Shown here: one piece after another, positions 17,325 through 25,772 of the stretch
Layout: the number at the start of each line of letters is the position of its first letter
Position numbering within the stretch: the first letter of the stretch is position 1
From: an uncultured Alphaproteobacteria bacterium
GTDB lineage: Bacteria; Pseudomonadota; Alphaproteobacteria; RF32; CAG-239
Assembly: GCA_944391685.1 (NCBI GenBank)
Contig: CALXUM010000003.1
Coordinates: forward strand, 73,481 to 137,480
Direction of reading: 5' to 3'
DNA: 64,000 nt
Program-made: the position numbers and the translations under genes
The notes under the pieces: model-generated
The model's database searches: none
The model's input: the letters and a program-made list of their open reading frames with translations, nothing else
What the model was told of the DNA's origin: nothing

Positions 17325-17585
17325 GGGACGTTCGTAAATCATGTAGCTAGATATGATTCTTTCAGCCTTTAGAGAAAAATATCTCTTGAACATACGCTAA
17401 AAGCTCCCCGACCTTAGATCGGGGCAATTTTGTTGCTACATATAAATATAACAACATAATGATGTATTGCCTACACCACTAGCTACATAAGGCCTACGAC
17501 AACCTCGCACCTAAGTGCTAAACAGCATTATTCATACTGTCTGCCCTTGAATATAAAGGAATTTTGTTAAATTTCAACTAAGAAA

Positions 17586-17780
17586 TTACAAGCATAATTC
17601 ATCATAAACTACGTTGTTACGGTCGATTTGGTTAATGGTTTCCGGTGTGTCATTGAGATAATCGGGATACACCGGTTCATAAATAAGGCAAAAATCACCG
17701 CTTATATTTGTTGTGCAAGCGGTTAACACGCTCATCATCAGATAAGCTATCGCGAGCTTTTTTAGCAATCTTGAGGGCAT
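17586..17780 (-). CDS. o-spanin (Rz1-like outer-membrane lipoprotein)
   Basis: Internal Met start gives 'MPSRLLKKLAIAYLMMSVLTAC...' with lipobox LTAC. Overlaps the 3' end of the i-spanin gene in another frame. Confidence 0.6.
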   Translation of the reverse strand: MPSRLLKKLAIAYLMMSVLTACTTNISGDFCLIYEPVYPDYLNDTPETINQIDRNNVVYDELCL

Positions 17781-17901
17781 TATTTTCTCCTTCCAACTGT
17801 TCTTTTTCTGCAGTTTCTTTGGCTTGGCGATAGCCAAACAAATATAAAAAAAGAGCGATGACCGCGAAAACCACCGCTCTAAACTTCTTTAGAATCTCCA
17901 T
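17695..17901 (-). CDS. i-spanin (Rz-like)
   Basis: 68 aa. N-terminal TM 'FRAVVFAVIALFLYLF' followed by a charged helical region. Position and overlap with the lipoprotein ORF are typical of Rz/Rz1. Confidence 0.55.
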   Translation of the reverse strand: MEILKKFRAVVFAVIALFLYLFGYRQAKETAEKEQLEGENNALKIAKKARDSLSDDERVNRLHNKYKR

Positions 17902-18097
17902 TTTCTTTTTTTCTCCGATTAATTCCGATATCTCGTATTCCGCTTATGCCAAGCATTATTCCTAAACTGGTTAATAACTGCTCCCAGTCCACCAAATCGG
18001 CATGAAAATATGGCACAATAACACAGTTATTGAAAAATCCGTAACATAAAATCCAGCCAATTATAGGTATCCAACTTCTCTTATTTAATCGAAACAT
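17879..18097 (-). CDS. holin-like small membrane protein
   Basis: 72 aa with two hydrophobic segments and a charged C-terminus. Lies between the endolysin and the spanins. Confidence 0.5.
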   Translation of the reverse strand: MFRLNKRSWIPIIGWILCYGFFNNCVIVPYFHADLVDWEQLLTSLGIMLGISGIRDIGINRRKKENGDSKEV

Positions 18098-18504
18098 AAG
18101 TCTATCCCTTTCTGGATTGTGTCATCAGAATAAGGCTGAATACCGTTTTCCATACGAATAACAGCTTTAATAAACACCGTTAAAACACCTCGTTCTTCAA
18201 TGTCTATCTTGGTATCTGGATAAACTTCGAGTTGCTTGGCTACAGATTGTATATAAGCTTTCGTTTGATTTTCATTTGGTGGAGCATACCGACTAACAAT
18301 TTGACGAACAGTATTAAGTCCGTGGATTTTCTTATAATTAATTAAAACCTTTGCCAATGCACGAATACCAAAAATCGGACTTTCAAATACGCAAAAGGCG
18401 GAATCAATATTCCGCCCGTTTGGATTTAACCCTTGCCAATTAGCTCCATGACGTATGTTTCCAGGATTGTTGTTTCTAATCCCTCTTGGTAGTTTTTGAT
18501 TCAT
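18085..18504 (-). CDS. putative endolysin / peptidoglycan hydrolase
   Basis: 139 aa. N-terminal 'RGIRNNNPGNIRHGANWQG' is a motif I associate with phage lytic and structural muramidase-like proteins. Sits in the lysis cassette. Confidence 0.55.
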   Translation of the reverse strand: MNQKLPRGIRNNNPGNIRHGANWQGLNPNGRNIDSAFCVFESPIFGIRALAKVLINYKKIHGLNTVRQIVSRYAPPNENQTKAYIQSVAKQLEVYPDTKIDIEERGVLTVFIKAVIRMENGIQPYSDDTIQKGIDLCFD

Positions 18505-18697
18505 TGTGTATCTCCCAAATAAGTTGTCTTAATTCATCAATTTTAAGTTCAAGACGAGTAATATGTACTTGCGTTGCATATTCTTTTGCCACTTGGACTT
18601 TAAAGTCGTTTAGTTCTTTTTGGACATTCCCAACTTTATAAACCAGCCAAACAAAAGCCGGAACGCAGATGATTTGTAAAAATTCTAACCAATCCAT
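18476..18697 (-). CDS. small membrane / coiled-coil phage protein
   Basis: 73 aa. N-terminal TM 'ICVPAFVWLVY' followed by a helical region. Confidence 0.4.
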   Translation of the reverse strand: MDWLEFLQIICVPAFVWLVYKVGNVQKELNDFKVQVAKEYATQVHITRLELKIDELRQLIWEIHNESKTTKRD

Positions 18698-18709
18698 TGA
18701 TAACTCCTA

Positions 18710-20938
18710 CTAAGTTGAATGCACTCTTGAATCTTCAATAACCGCCGTTAGTTCTACCTTATCTGAACGCGGCCTTATTGCTGTTATTCTGGCAAATATG
18801 CTCCATTTGTCGTTAGTTCCAAAAGCAAAATGAGTTCTTTCTCTATTTGTATCAGTTGAAATTTCAATATCAGGCAAAGTATCTAAAATTATTTCAGTAG
18901 AAACTTCGCCTTGATTGACGAGATAAGGACCGGCAAGAGAGCCATCTTTCTTACGCAAAGCCAAATAATGCTCTTGTCCGTCTTTGAAGGTAACAGGTTC
19001 AGATAAAGTGAGCTTGAGGCCTTCTTGTTTCAAGATTTCTCCGCCTTGTCCCCATTGAGCCATGTCGTGGGTAATGGCAATTAAATCTCCGTAACTTGGG
19101 ATTAATCCCTCTAGCTCCGTCGTGAAAGTTACAATTCTTCGGCGGTAACGATTGGCTAAAGCCATATAAGTTGCTTCTCTTAGTGCTTGCTCTTTATTGG
19201 TACAGCCAAAAAGTTCGACAGTTGCAATTTTATCGGAGCTTGAAGCTTCAAAACTTCCGGTAACTTCTGAGGTTTTCCAAGTTTTCTCAGAAAAATATTC
19301 TATAGTAACGCTGTCTGCCGTATCTTCGGATGGCATAAGATATTGTATAGAAAGTGAATCTTTTACAATATTACGAGGTCCAAACAAAGCAACCGGTATG
19401 GTTTTAGGATCATCTCTAACAAATCGGACAATACCGCCTTGAATAAATGCAACAGCTCTTCCGACTTTTGCCGTTCTTGACAGGGCTTCATATACGGTTA
19501 ATTTACTATCAAATACCGCGTTAAAGGTATCGCCCCTTGCACTCCAAACTCTATCCAAATCGTATAAAGCCTGTAAATCAATGGCGTTGTCTTTGAGATT
19601 AGCACCGTATGAGGCTTTCAAAATATCAGCCAAAGCCCAAGCGATTGAACGTGTCGGCTCAACAGAAGACGACCAACCCGAAAGCGGCGACCAAGTCTTG
19701 AGCTTGCGTGTTACAATGCAATTCACTAAGCGGCTTGACCTTTGTGAAAGATTGTCCGTTGCCTTCATTATAATTGCCAGCAAGGTTACGTTTCCGTAGT
19801 TTTTTTCTGAAACGATATATCCTTTAGCAGAAGACCAACGGATTTCATGACCGGCACGTGATGATGTATCTTTGTCATCAATACGAGTAGCTCGGATTTC
19901 ATAACGCCCTTCCGGAACATCATAAGTATAAGTTTTGTATATTCCATTATGTGTAGCTTCGGTAATGCTTTCTGAACCTAAAGTATACCAATTTTCCAAA
20001 GCTGTATCATTATCATCTATAGAACGAACTTCTATTTTCCACTGAATTGTTTTGGAAGATAGTTCACCATTATCATTCGCATAATAACAACCACGCTGGA
20101 ACGCCACATCAATTTCTATCTTATTTATTTTGGTTTCTGCCGGATTTAAGACAAAATGACCACAATACTCATTTTTTAACAATTCCTGACCAGCTATCTC
20201 GGCAGAAGTTACAACATCTTCAATAAACAATGTGTTCTTTTCTTGTGGATTTATGACTTGATAAGTTATTTCCTTAAAAGAACTAATCGGTGTATCCTCA
20301 ATGCGGATTTGTTCAACATCATATTCGCCTTGTCCGATACAATGGAGCTGATAAACATATTGTTCGTTATCAATATAGCGATAATAAGGTTGACTGGCAA
20401 AATCGGGATAGATTAAGTGGCGACCGTAAATTACCGGTATCGGATTACCAAGCCGTGCTTCATTTCCTTGAGCCTGCAAAGAATATGTCGGACTTTGTGT
20501 ATAAGCGGAAGACGTCATACCATTAAGAGCCGGTTTGGGGGTTGGAATAAATGTATTAACAAGAATTCCACCAGCCATAGAAACACCAGCCGCGGCCACA
20601 CCACCCCAAACGGCACCGTAAGCCGCTCCGACAGCTCCGCCGGTATAAACAGTGGCAACAATTAAAGCCACGGTTAATACAGCTTTAATCGGATTAGATC
20701 CGCCACCACCACCGCCCAAAGGCAAGGCAACAAAACTGACAACATCTTGAGATGATAAAAGGCTAGACCAATCTTTACGAAGTCTGGCAACGCCATTTAC
20801 AAAACAAATTACCGGACGAGATAAATCAATCTTTTGAGTATTTACAATTTGCCAAATTGTTTGATTTTTGGGTAAGGTTTTGCTTATCCGTCCTTTGTTT
20901 AGGCTAAACGGATTTGTAAAGTAATTAAAATAAGTCAT
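18710..20938 (-). CDS. tail tip / host-specificity protein (lambda gpJ-like, with gpI-like Gly/Ala-rich N-terminal segment)
   Basis: 742 aa. Directly downstream of an NlpC/P60 gpK-like gene. Has an N-terminal 'LPLGGGGGGSNPIKAVLTVALIVA...' hydrophobic segment. Size and position match the last tail gene before lysis. Confidence 0.65.
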   Translation of the reverse strand: MTYFNYFTNPFSLNKGRISKTLPKNQTIWQIVNTQKIDLSRPVICFVNGVARLRKDWSSLLSSQDVVSFVALPLGGGGGGSNPIKAVLTVALIVATVYTGGAVGAAYGAVWGGVAAAGVSMAGGILVNTFIPTPKPALNGMTSSAYTQSPTYSLQAQGNEARLGNPIPVIYGRHLIYPDFASQPYYRYIDNEQYVYQLHCIGQGEYDVEQIRIEDTPISSFKEITYQVINPQEKNTLFIEDVVTSAEIAGQELLKNEYCGHFVLNPAETKINKIEIDVAFQRGCYYANDNGELSSKTIQWKIEVRSIDDNDTALENWYTLGSESITEATHNGIYKTYTYDVPEGRYEIRATRIDDKDTSSRAGHEIRWSSAKGYIVSEKNYGNVTLLAIIMKATDNLSQRSSRLVNCIVTRKLKTWSPLSGWSSSVEPTRSIAWALADILKASYGANLKDNAIDLQALYDLDRVWSARGDTFNAVFDSKLTVYEALSRTAKVGRAVAFIQGGIVRFVRDDPKTIPVALFGPRNIVKDSLSIQYLMPSEDTADSVTIEYFSEKTWKTSEVTGSFEASSSDKIATVELFGCTNKEQALREATYMALANRYRRRIVTFTTELEGLIPSYGDLIAITHDMAQWGQGGEILKQEGLKLTLSEPVTFKDGQEHYLALRKKDGSLAGPYLVNQGEVSTEIILDTLPDIEISTDTNRERTHFAFGTNDKWSIFARITAIRPRSDKVELTAVIEDSRVHST

Positions 20939-20942
20939 TGTT

Positions 20943-21347
20943 TTATATTTCTTTCACTCGGTAAAAACTATCAATAAACCAACCGGAGAGGTTAAGAAAA
21001 GGTGCTTTTTGAAAAATAACGCCGTTTCCGCGAACACAATGCAAAATGCCGCCACCATCAATATCAAGCCATAAACCAGCATGAACTGGATTTTTAGCTT
21101 GTCGCATTAAAACAACATCTCCGTCTTGAGGCTTATCAACCTCAACGAAGGCTTGAAAAGCCAAATCACCGTGAAAAGCCCTAAGAACATCTCTTAAATT
21201 GTTTGGATTGATATTAACTGGTGGCACATTGTAACCATATTCGTGCAAAAGCACAAAACGAACAAAGCCCCAACAGTCAAAACTGTCAGGGCCTTGTGCA
21301 CCGGCTACCCATGGGCAACCTATGTATTTATTTGCAAAATGTGTCAT
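20943..21347 (-). CDS. NlpC/P60 family peptidase (gpK-like tail protein)
   Basis: 134 aa. Catalytic-Cys context 'FDCWGFVRFV' and His context 'NPVHAGLWL'. Confidence 0.75.
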   Translation of the reverse strand: MTHFANKYIGCPWVAGAQGPDSFDCWGFVRFVLLHEYGYNVPPVNINPNNLRDVLRAFHGDLAFQAFVEVDKPQDGDVVLMRQAKNPVHAGLWLDIDGGGILHCVRGNGVIFQKAPFLNLSGWFIDSFYRVKEI

Positions 21348-21350
21348 ATA

Positions 21351-21710
21351 CTAATATTCTATTGCGCCTTCATTAATACCATCAGTAAATGGATCGTCAT
21401 ATCCTGATCCTATTGCGCCTTCATTAATGCCATCAGTAAATGGATCGTCATATCCTGATTCTATTGCTCCCTCATTAATACCATCAGTAAATGGATCGTC
21501 ATATCCTGATCCTATTGCGCCTTCATTAATGCCATCAGTAAATGGATCGTCATATCCTGATCCTATTGCTCCCTCATTAATAGCATCAGTAAATGGATCG
21601 TCATATCCTGATCCTATCGCTCCTTCATTAATACCATCGGTAAATGGATCATCATAAGCGTATGATGAAGTTGTCCAAAATAAAATTAAAGCTAAAAATA
21701 ATCTTTTCAT
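21351..21710 (-). CDS. secreted tandem-repeat protein (6 x 17-aa YDDPFTDGINEGAIGSG)
   Basis: Signal peptide 'MKRLFLALILFWTTSSYA', then six near-identical 17-aa units making up the rest of the protein. Confidence 0.7.
   Translation of the reverse strand: MKRLFLALILFWTTSSYAYDDPFTDGINEGAIGSGYDDPFTDAINEGAIGSGYDDPFTDGINEGAIGSGYDDPFTDGINEGAIESGYDDPFTDGINEGAIGSGYDDPFTDGINEGAIEY
21354..21656 (-). repeat. in-frame 51-bp tandem repeat, about 6 copies
   Basis: Directly visible periodicity, for example 'ccatcagtaaatggatcgtcatatcctgatcctattgc...' recurring every 51 nt with a few substitutions. Confidence 0.9.
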
Positions 21711-21766
21711 TTTAATTTCTCCTTATAATAAATAAAGATACTTCTAATATTTTACATATTCAACCT

Positions 21767-22309
21767 CTATCTACTTAACCCAGGATATTTTTTAACGGTA
21801 TAATTTTCTGCCGGAAAGGATTTGTTGCCAATATCCATCATTCTGGCGGTGGCGGATATTTTTGATATATCGGCGGTGATTTCCGTTATTACCAAAGTGA
21901 TTGGTGGGTCCATTTGCGGATAGCTCAAATCGCTCGATAAATACGGACGATATGTCATCTCAATCATATCTTGGGTTTCAATAGCTTGATCCAAATAACG
22001 CATAATTTCAGTTGAAACATTATCTAAAGATAAGCTAATTTCCGGTACCGGAATATTTTCTACCGGCGGAAGTTGTAAATCAAAGGCTAAAGCTATAAAT
22101 TCAACGTCTTTACCACCATCTAGCGGCGCATTGTCTTCCAGTCTGCAAGTATGATTAACATTATCGCGCACAACTCGAATAGCGGTTGAATTGCCGTTTT
22201 CGTCTTTGAAAGCTGGATGCCTTAGCTCCAAGGTATGTAAAATAACAACATCACTCGGAGCTAAAGCATAAGCCTCTTTTAAAGCTTCTGATAAAGTATT
22301 ATCCGGCAT
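21767..22309 (-). CDS. minor tail protein (gpL-like / DUF1833-like, tentative)
   Basis: 180 aa. 'LSEALKEAYALAPSDVVILHTLELRHPAF' resembles the N-terminus of a phage tail family I recall as DUF1833. Lies upstream of the gpK-like gene. Confidence 0.4.
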   Translation of the reverse strand: MPDNTLSEALKEAYALAPSDVVILHTLELRHPAFKDENGNSTAIRVVRDNVNHTCRLEDNAPLDGGKDVEFIALAFDLQLPPVENIPVPEISLSLDNVSTEIMRYLDQAIETQDMIEMTYRPYLSSDLSYPQMDPPITLVITEITADISKISATARMMDIGNKSFPAENYTVKKYPGLSR

Positions 22310-22312
22310 AAA

Positions 22313-22711
22313 TTATTCCTTTTGTATGTTTTCTTGTTTGGGTTTTGGGTACTTGGCTTTAATTGCTGATATTGATTCCTGCCAAATATTAGTCTTATAA
22401 ACATTATCCCAATAAATCATATCTAATTGGTCTCCAATAGGAGGATACTCTTTAGCTCTTTTTTCAGCATAAGTAAGCTCTTTTGGTGTATTTATCGGGT
22501 GAACTTCTTTCCATTTTTTTATAATACTACCTTTTTGTTCTTCATAACTAGGAATATAAGTTAGTCCATCTAAAGGCATATCATTTTCTATCAATGGCTT
22601 ATATCCTTGTTCTTCCATCAATTCTTTTGAACAATTAAAATTACTAATACCCATATAATTTTTAGGAGCAAATTCAATTTCTCCATTATATAATTTTGCG
22701 TATCTTGTCAT
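22313..22711 (-). CDS. hypothetical phage protein
   Basis: 132-aa ORF in the tail-fibre region. Overlaps the upstream gene by 4 nt. Confidence 0.4.
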   Translation of the reverse strand: MTRYAKLYNGEIEFAPKNYMGISNFNCSKELMEEQGYKPLIENDMPLDGLTYIPSYEEQKGSIIKKWKEVHPINTPKELTYAEKRAKEYPPIGDQLDMIYWDNVYKTNIWQESISAIKAKYPKPKQENIQKE

Positions 22712-23067
22712 AATAAACTCCTATGTCTTAAATGTGTTGCCCTCTGTGAGATTTTACTAATATGTACAATTTTTCGAACACTTAATGCAATTTTTTCGTC
22801 TACGCAGACATAACAACACATATTTTTTTTAACAATCAACAAATCTCCCTTTTTGCAAGAACCAGCAACTTCCACAAAATTGTTTTTTGTAAAAGCATCC
22901 ATCATACAATTATAGGCTTGGTCTGGTGAATATTCTCTTGAGTAATTATCCACTATGGTCATATCAATTTTAAAATTATCTTTGATAAAATTTGAAGCGA
23001 CATGACAACAATCATAGTGTTGTCTATCAAAATCTTTTATTAAATATTTTTCATACATATTATTCAT
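22708..23067 (-). CDS. hypothetical phage protein
   Basis: 119-aa ORF, Cys-rich, coupled to its neighbours by 4-nt overlaps. Confidence 0.4.
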   Translation of the reverse strand: MNNMYEKYLIKDFDRQHYDCCHVASNFIKDNFKIDMTIVDNYSREYSPDQAYNCMMDAFTKNNFVEVAGSCKKGDLLIVKKNMCCYVCVDEKIALSVRKIVHISKISQRATHLRHRSLL

Positions 23068-23837
23068 CCTTGTGGTGTTAATATTATCCAGCCATTACTG
23101 GTAGCTTGCCCATATCCTTGAGTATGAATAACATCAGAACATAAACTAGGGTGAGTATAGGATGAACCACCACCTCCTCCTGGACCACCACCGCCACCAT
23201 AATATCCTGCACCACCACCACCGCCACCAAGACTTTTATCACATTTTCCGCCTAGCCCAAAGCCTCCTTGTGATGTCGGTATAGTGCTATCTTTCCAATA
23301 ACACAATCCACCGGCTGTTTGAGATCCACCGGCTCCAGATACAGCTGAGGTAGAGGCAAAAAGTCCATTGCCGCCTGTTAGACCACCCCCATGACCTGCT
23401 TTATAATCTTTTGCACTATCTACACATCCGCCACCACCACCGGCACAAATTAATCTACTATTTAAATCTCCTAAAATTGTTCTAATATCAGAGCCACCAC
23501 CGCCGCCACCACCAGTATAATTGTTTGCACACGGAGCTCCTGCACCACCGCCATTCCATCCACCATCATTATTTGACTTTCCCATTCCTCCCACATAAAT
23601 AAATAACTTAGATAAACCGGATACATTTAAATTACATTGAACTCTTCCGCCCTTACCTGCTATGGATGATATTTTGCAATATCCAGCTCCACCGATACAA
23701 TCTACAGAAATCAAAGATACGCCTTTGGGAATAACATATTCTTGTACTGTTCCTGTAAAATTGAATTTTATTGGTGTTGTATCAATTTTAATTGTTTTAA
23801 TCATCAATAGTTTTTCACTGTTTAATAATCTACTCAT
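23064..23837 (-). CDS. glycine-rich domain protein (tail-fibre associated)
   Basis: 257 aa with repeated GGGGG runs ('GGGGGGGSD', 'GGGGGAGYYGGGGGPGGGGGSS'). Starts at the stop of the fibre gene. Confidence 0.6.
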   Translation of the reverse strand: MSRLLNSEKLLMIKTIKIDTTPIKFNFTGTVQEYVIPKGVSLISVDCIGGAGYCKISSIAGKGGRVQCNLNVSGLSKLFIYVGGMGKSNNDGGWNGGGAGAPCANNYTGGGGGGGSDIRTILGDLNSRLICAGGGGGCVDSAKDYKAGHGGGLTGGNGLFASTSAVSGAGGSQTAGGLCYWKDSTIPTSQGGFGLGGKCDKSLGGGGGGAGYYGGGGGPGGGGGSSYTHPSLCSDVIHTQGYGQATSNGWIILTPQG

Positions 23838-25240
23838 TAACCTGCAACTCCTTTAACTATTACACCACATACCCATGCTCCCAACAATTTATCATAATCA
23901 AAATATACATCATAATTTCCAGCTTCGATTTCTGGCGTGGTTTTATTAAAAAATCTTGTTGTTCCCCAATTTATTGTTGGACTACCTGTTACTTTCATCA
24001 TTAGCTTGATTTGATTAAAAACATTAGCATTACTTGGGGTCGGCAAGGAAAATGTAGTTGTTCCGCTTACTGATATTGTATAGATTTTATTGACTGCCAG
24101 AGAAATTGTACCAGAAGTCGCTGTTAACGCCGTAATTGCTGGTTGGTAGTTTTCTACATAAGATTTTTGAGCCGTCGAAATAGGCTTATTAACGTCAGAT
24201 GTATTATCACAATTTCCTAGGCCTATTTGTGCTTTGGTTACGCTGTGAGGATTATTTTTATTTCCCGTATGAGAACTGACAGTACTTTGAGTTGCATAAG
24301 TATTCGCAATAGCTGAATTTTGACTATCATTTACAGACTTAAGCGTTTTGGGCGTAATAGCTTTTACAGTATTAGCTCCACTTAACGCTTCCGTTTCTGT
24401 TGCTAATTGGATAATTCCCTTTACACTTTCAGTCGCGTCTGAAAGATTTGCCGAAGCCGCGGCTTGCTCTGCCGATAATGCAGCGGCTTTTTCCGATTCA
24501 AGTGCGGCTTGGGCTGATTGCTCTGCTTTTACAGCATTTTGTGCAGCATTTTGAACAGCATCTAAATTAGTAACCACCGCTCCAATATTATCTTTTATTT
24601 GGGCAACTGCTGAAATACTTGTCGAGATTGCAGAAACATTTGATATTTCATCAGCTACTACCGCCAAAATATCTATATTTTCTTCATTATCGGCAACTTT
24701 CTTAATATTAGAAATATTACTACTGACGGTGTTTATATCGTTTTTGTTTTCTGCCACAATTTTAATTTGATTAATATTTTCACTCGAGGATTTTATATCA
24801 TCACTATTCTGTGCAACAATAGAGATATTTGGAATATTTTGAGATACAACTGTAATTGCTTCATCAACATTTGCCGTCTTGTTAACTGCTTCCGAGATAG
24901 AGGAGACAACTTCAACTTCTGAAATATGTTCCGCCACAACGCCTATTGTATTTCCGCCAGTTAAATCTGATGAAACGGCGATAAACCCTGAATTATTTAA
25001 AATATCATTTTTAGCTTGCACCGCTGTATTCTTAGCTTCTGTCGCAATTTGAATAATATCACTTGCTCCATTAGAAATACTATCTCTTATATCCTTAATG
25101 GCTTTGGCTACTGTAGGAATTTCGCCACTTTCAACCGTTATAGTTTCGGTTTCTCCGCCGTTGACAGTTTGATGAAGTTTTTGAGAAGCGGTTTCGGCTA
25201 CCGTTACCGCTTGGTCTAATCTTTCTTGAATATTAGGCAT
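23837..25240 (-). CDS. tail fibre protein
   Basis: 467 aa. Long N-terminal periodic N/I/S/V-rich region, Ala/Gln-rich coiled coil 'AEQSAQAALESEKAAALSAEQAAASA', and a globular C-terminus. Confidence 0.65.
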   Translation of the reverse strand: MPNIQERLDQAVTVAETASQKLHQTVNGGETETITVESGEIPTVAKAIKDIRDSISNGASDIIQIATEAKNTAVQAKNDILNNSGFIAVSSDLTGGNTIGVVAEHISEVEVVSSISEAVNKTANVDEAITVVSQNIPNISIVAQNSDDIKSSSENINQIKIVAENKNDINTVSSNISNIKKVADNEENIDILAVVADEISNVSAISTSISAVAQIKDNIGAVVTNLDAVQNAAQNAVKAEQSAQAALESEKAAALSAEQAAASANLSDATESVKGIIQLATETEALSGANTVKAITPKTLKSVNDSQNSAIANTYATQSTVSSHTGNKNNPHSVTKAQIGLGNCDNTSDVNKPISTAQKSYVENYQPAITALTATSGTISLAVNKIYTISVSGTTTFSLPTPSNANVFNQIKLMMKVTGSPTINWGTTRFFNKTTPEIEAGNYDVYFDYDKLLGAWVCGVIVKGVAG

Positions 25241-25255
25241 TCGCTTGATTCCCTT

Positions 25256-25732
25256 TTAGTTTAAGTGATTATGAAGTGTGCGATTTACATAAGTGTGAAG
25301 ACGTTCAACGCTAAGAAGTAGTTTGTGATAATCGCTGTTTAATAACAGTTCTAAGCCGTCTTCTCGTAAGGTTGGGCGGTCGCGGATTTCTAGTTCGGAG
25401 CTGATTTCCCATAGTCTGCCATTGAGCAAACTCGCTTCAAACTGTTGCGTAAATCTAGCGTCTTGTTCAATTAAGCCAATGCCGCCTAAAAGTGTGATGA
25501 TGAACCATTCGCCGCCTTCTTGGGCATAATATTTGTACCAAGCCTCAAATACGGCAAATTGCTCTAAATTAAATATCCATTTTACTGTTATTCGGCTAGG
25601 AGTTTGCGTATATCTCCGCCTTTGACGTGCCGGTCCGGCTTCCATTTCGGTTCTAACGATTGCTTCTCCGGGTTTTATCGCATAACCTTGAACTGTTGGA
25701 TATGGTAAGGTTTTGGGGAAATTTATTGTCAT
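25256..25732 (-). CDS. hypothetical tail-associated protein (first gene after the tape measure)
   Basis: 158-aa ORF in the position of lambda gpM-type distal tail proteins. No motif recognised. Confidence 0.4.
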   Translation of the reverse strand: MTINFPKTLPYPTVQGYAIKPGEAIVRTEMEAGPARQRRRYTQTPSRITVKWIFNLEQFAVFEAWYKYYAQEGGEWFIITLLGGIGLIEQDARFTQQFEASLLNGRLWEISSELEIRDRPTLREDGLELLLNSDYHKLLLSVERLHTYVNRTLHNHLN

Positions 25733-25772
25733 TTTATTCCTTCTGTTATATGTTTCTTCTCAAGGAGAAATT

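Noticed and set aside
17270-17570. Possible tmRNA (ssrA), tRNA or other known RNA gene as the prophage attachment target
   Set aside because: I could not fold an acceptor stem, T-arm or CCA end, and found no plausible tag reading frame ending in an Ala-Ala type sequence on either strand. The only resemblance is a short CTTGAAC...TCCCCGACC string similar to the tRNA-Thr T-arm, interrupted by 13 nt. Kept only as an unexplained structured region.
19197-20665. Plus-strand ORFs inside the tail tip gene, and similar ones inside the tape measure, portal, terminase and capsid genes
   Set aside because: They are antisense to well-supported phage structural genes and show no independent signals.
21354-21656. 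Regular repeats that could be mistaken for a CRISPR array
   Set aside because: The units are contiguous 51-bp copies with no spacers. They are in frame within a signal-peptide ORF and are not palindromic. This is a coding tandem repeat.
21427-21657. Plus-strand 76-aa ORF over the tandem repeat
   Set aside because: It is an antisense artefact of the repeat periodicity. The minus-strand ORF has a signal peptide and fits the operon.
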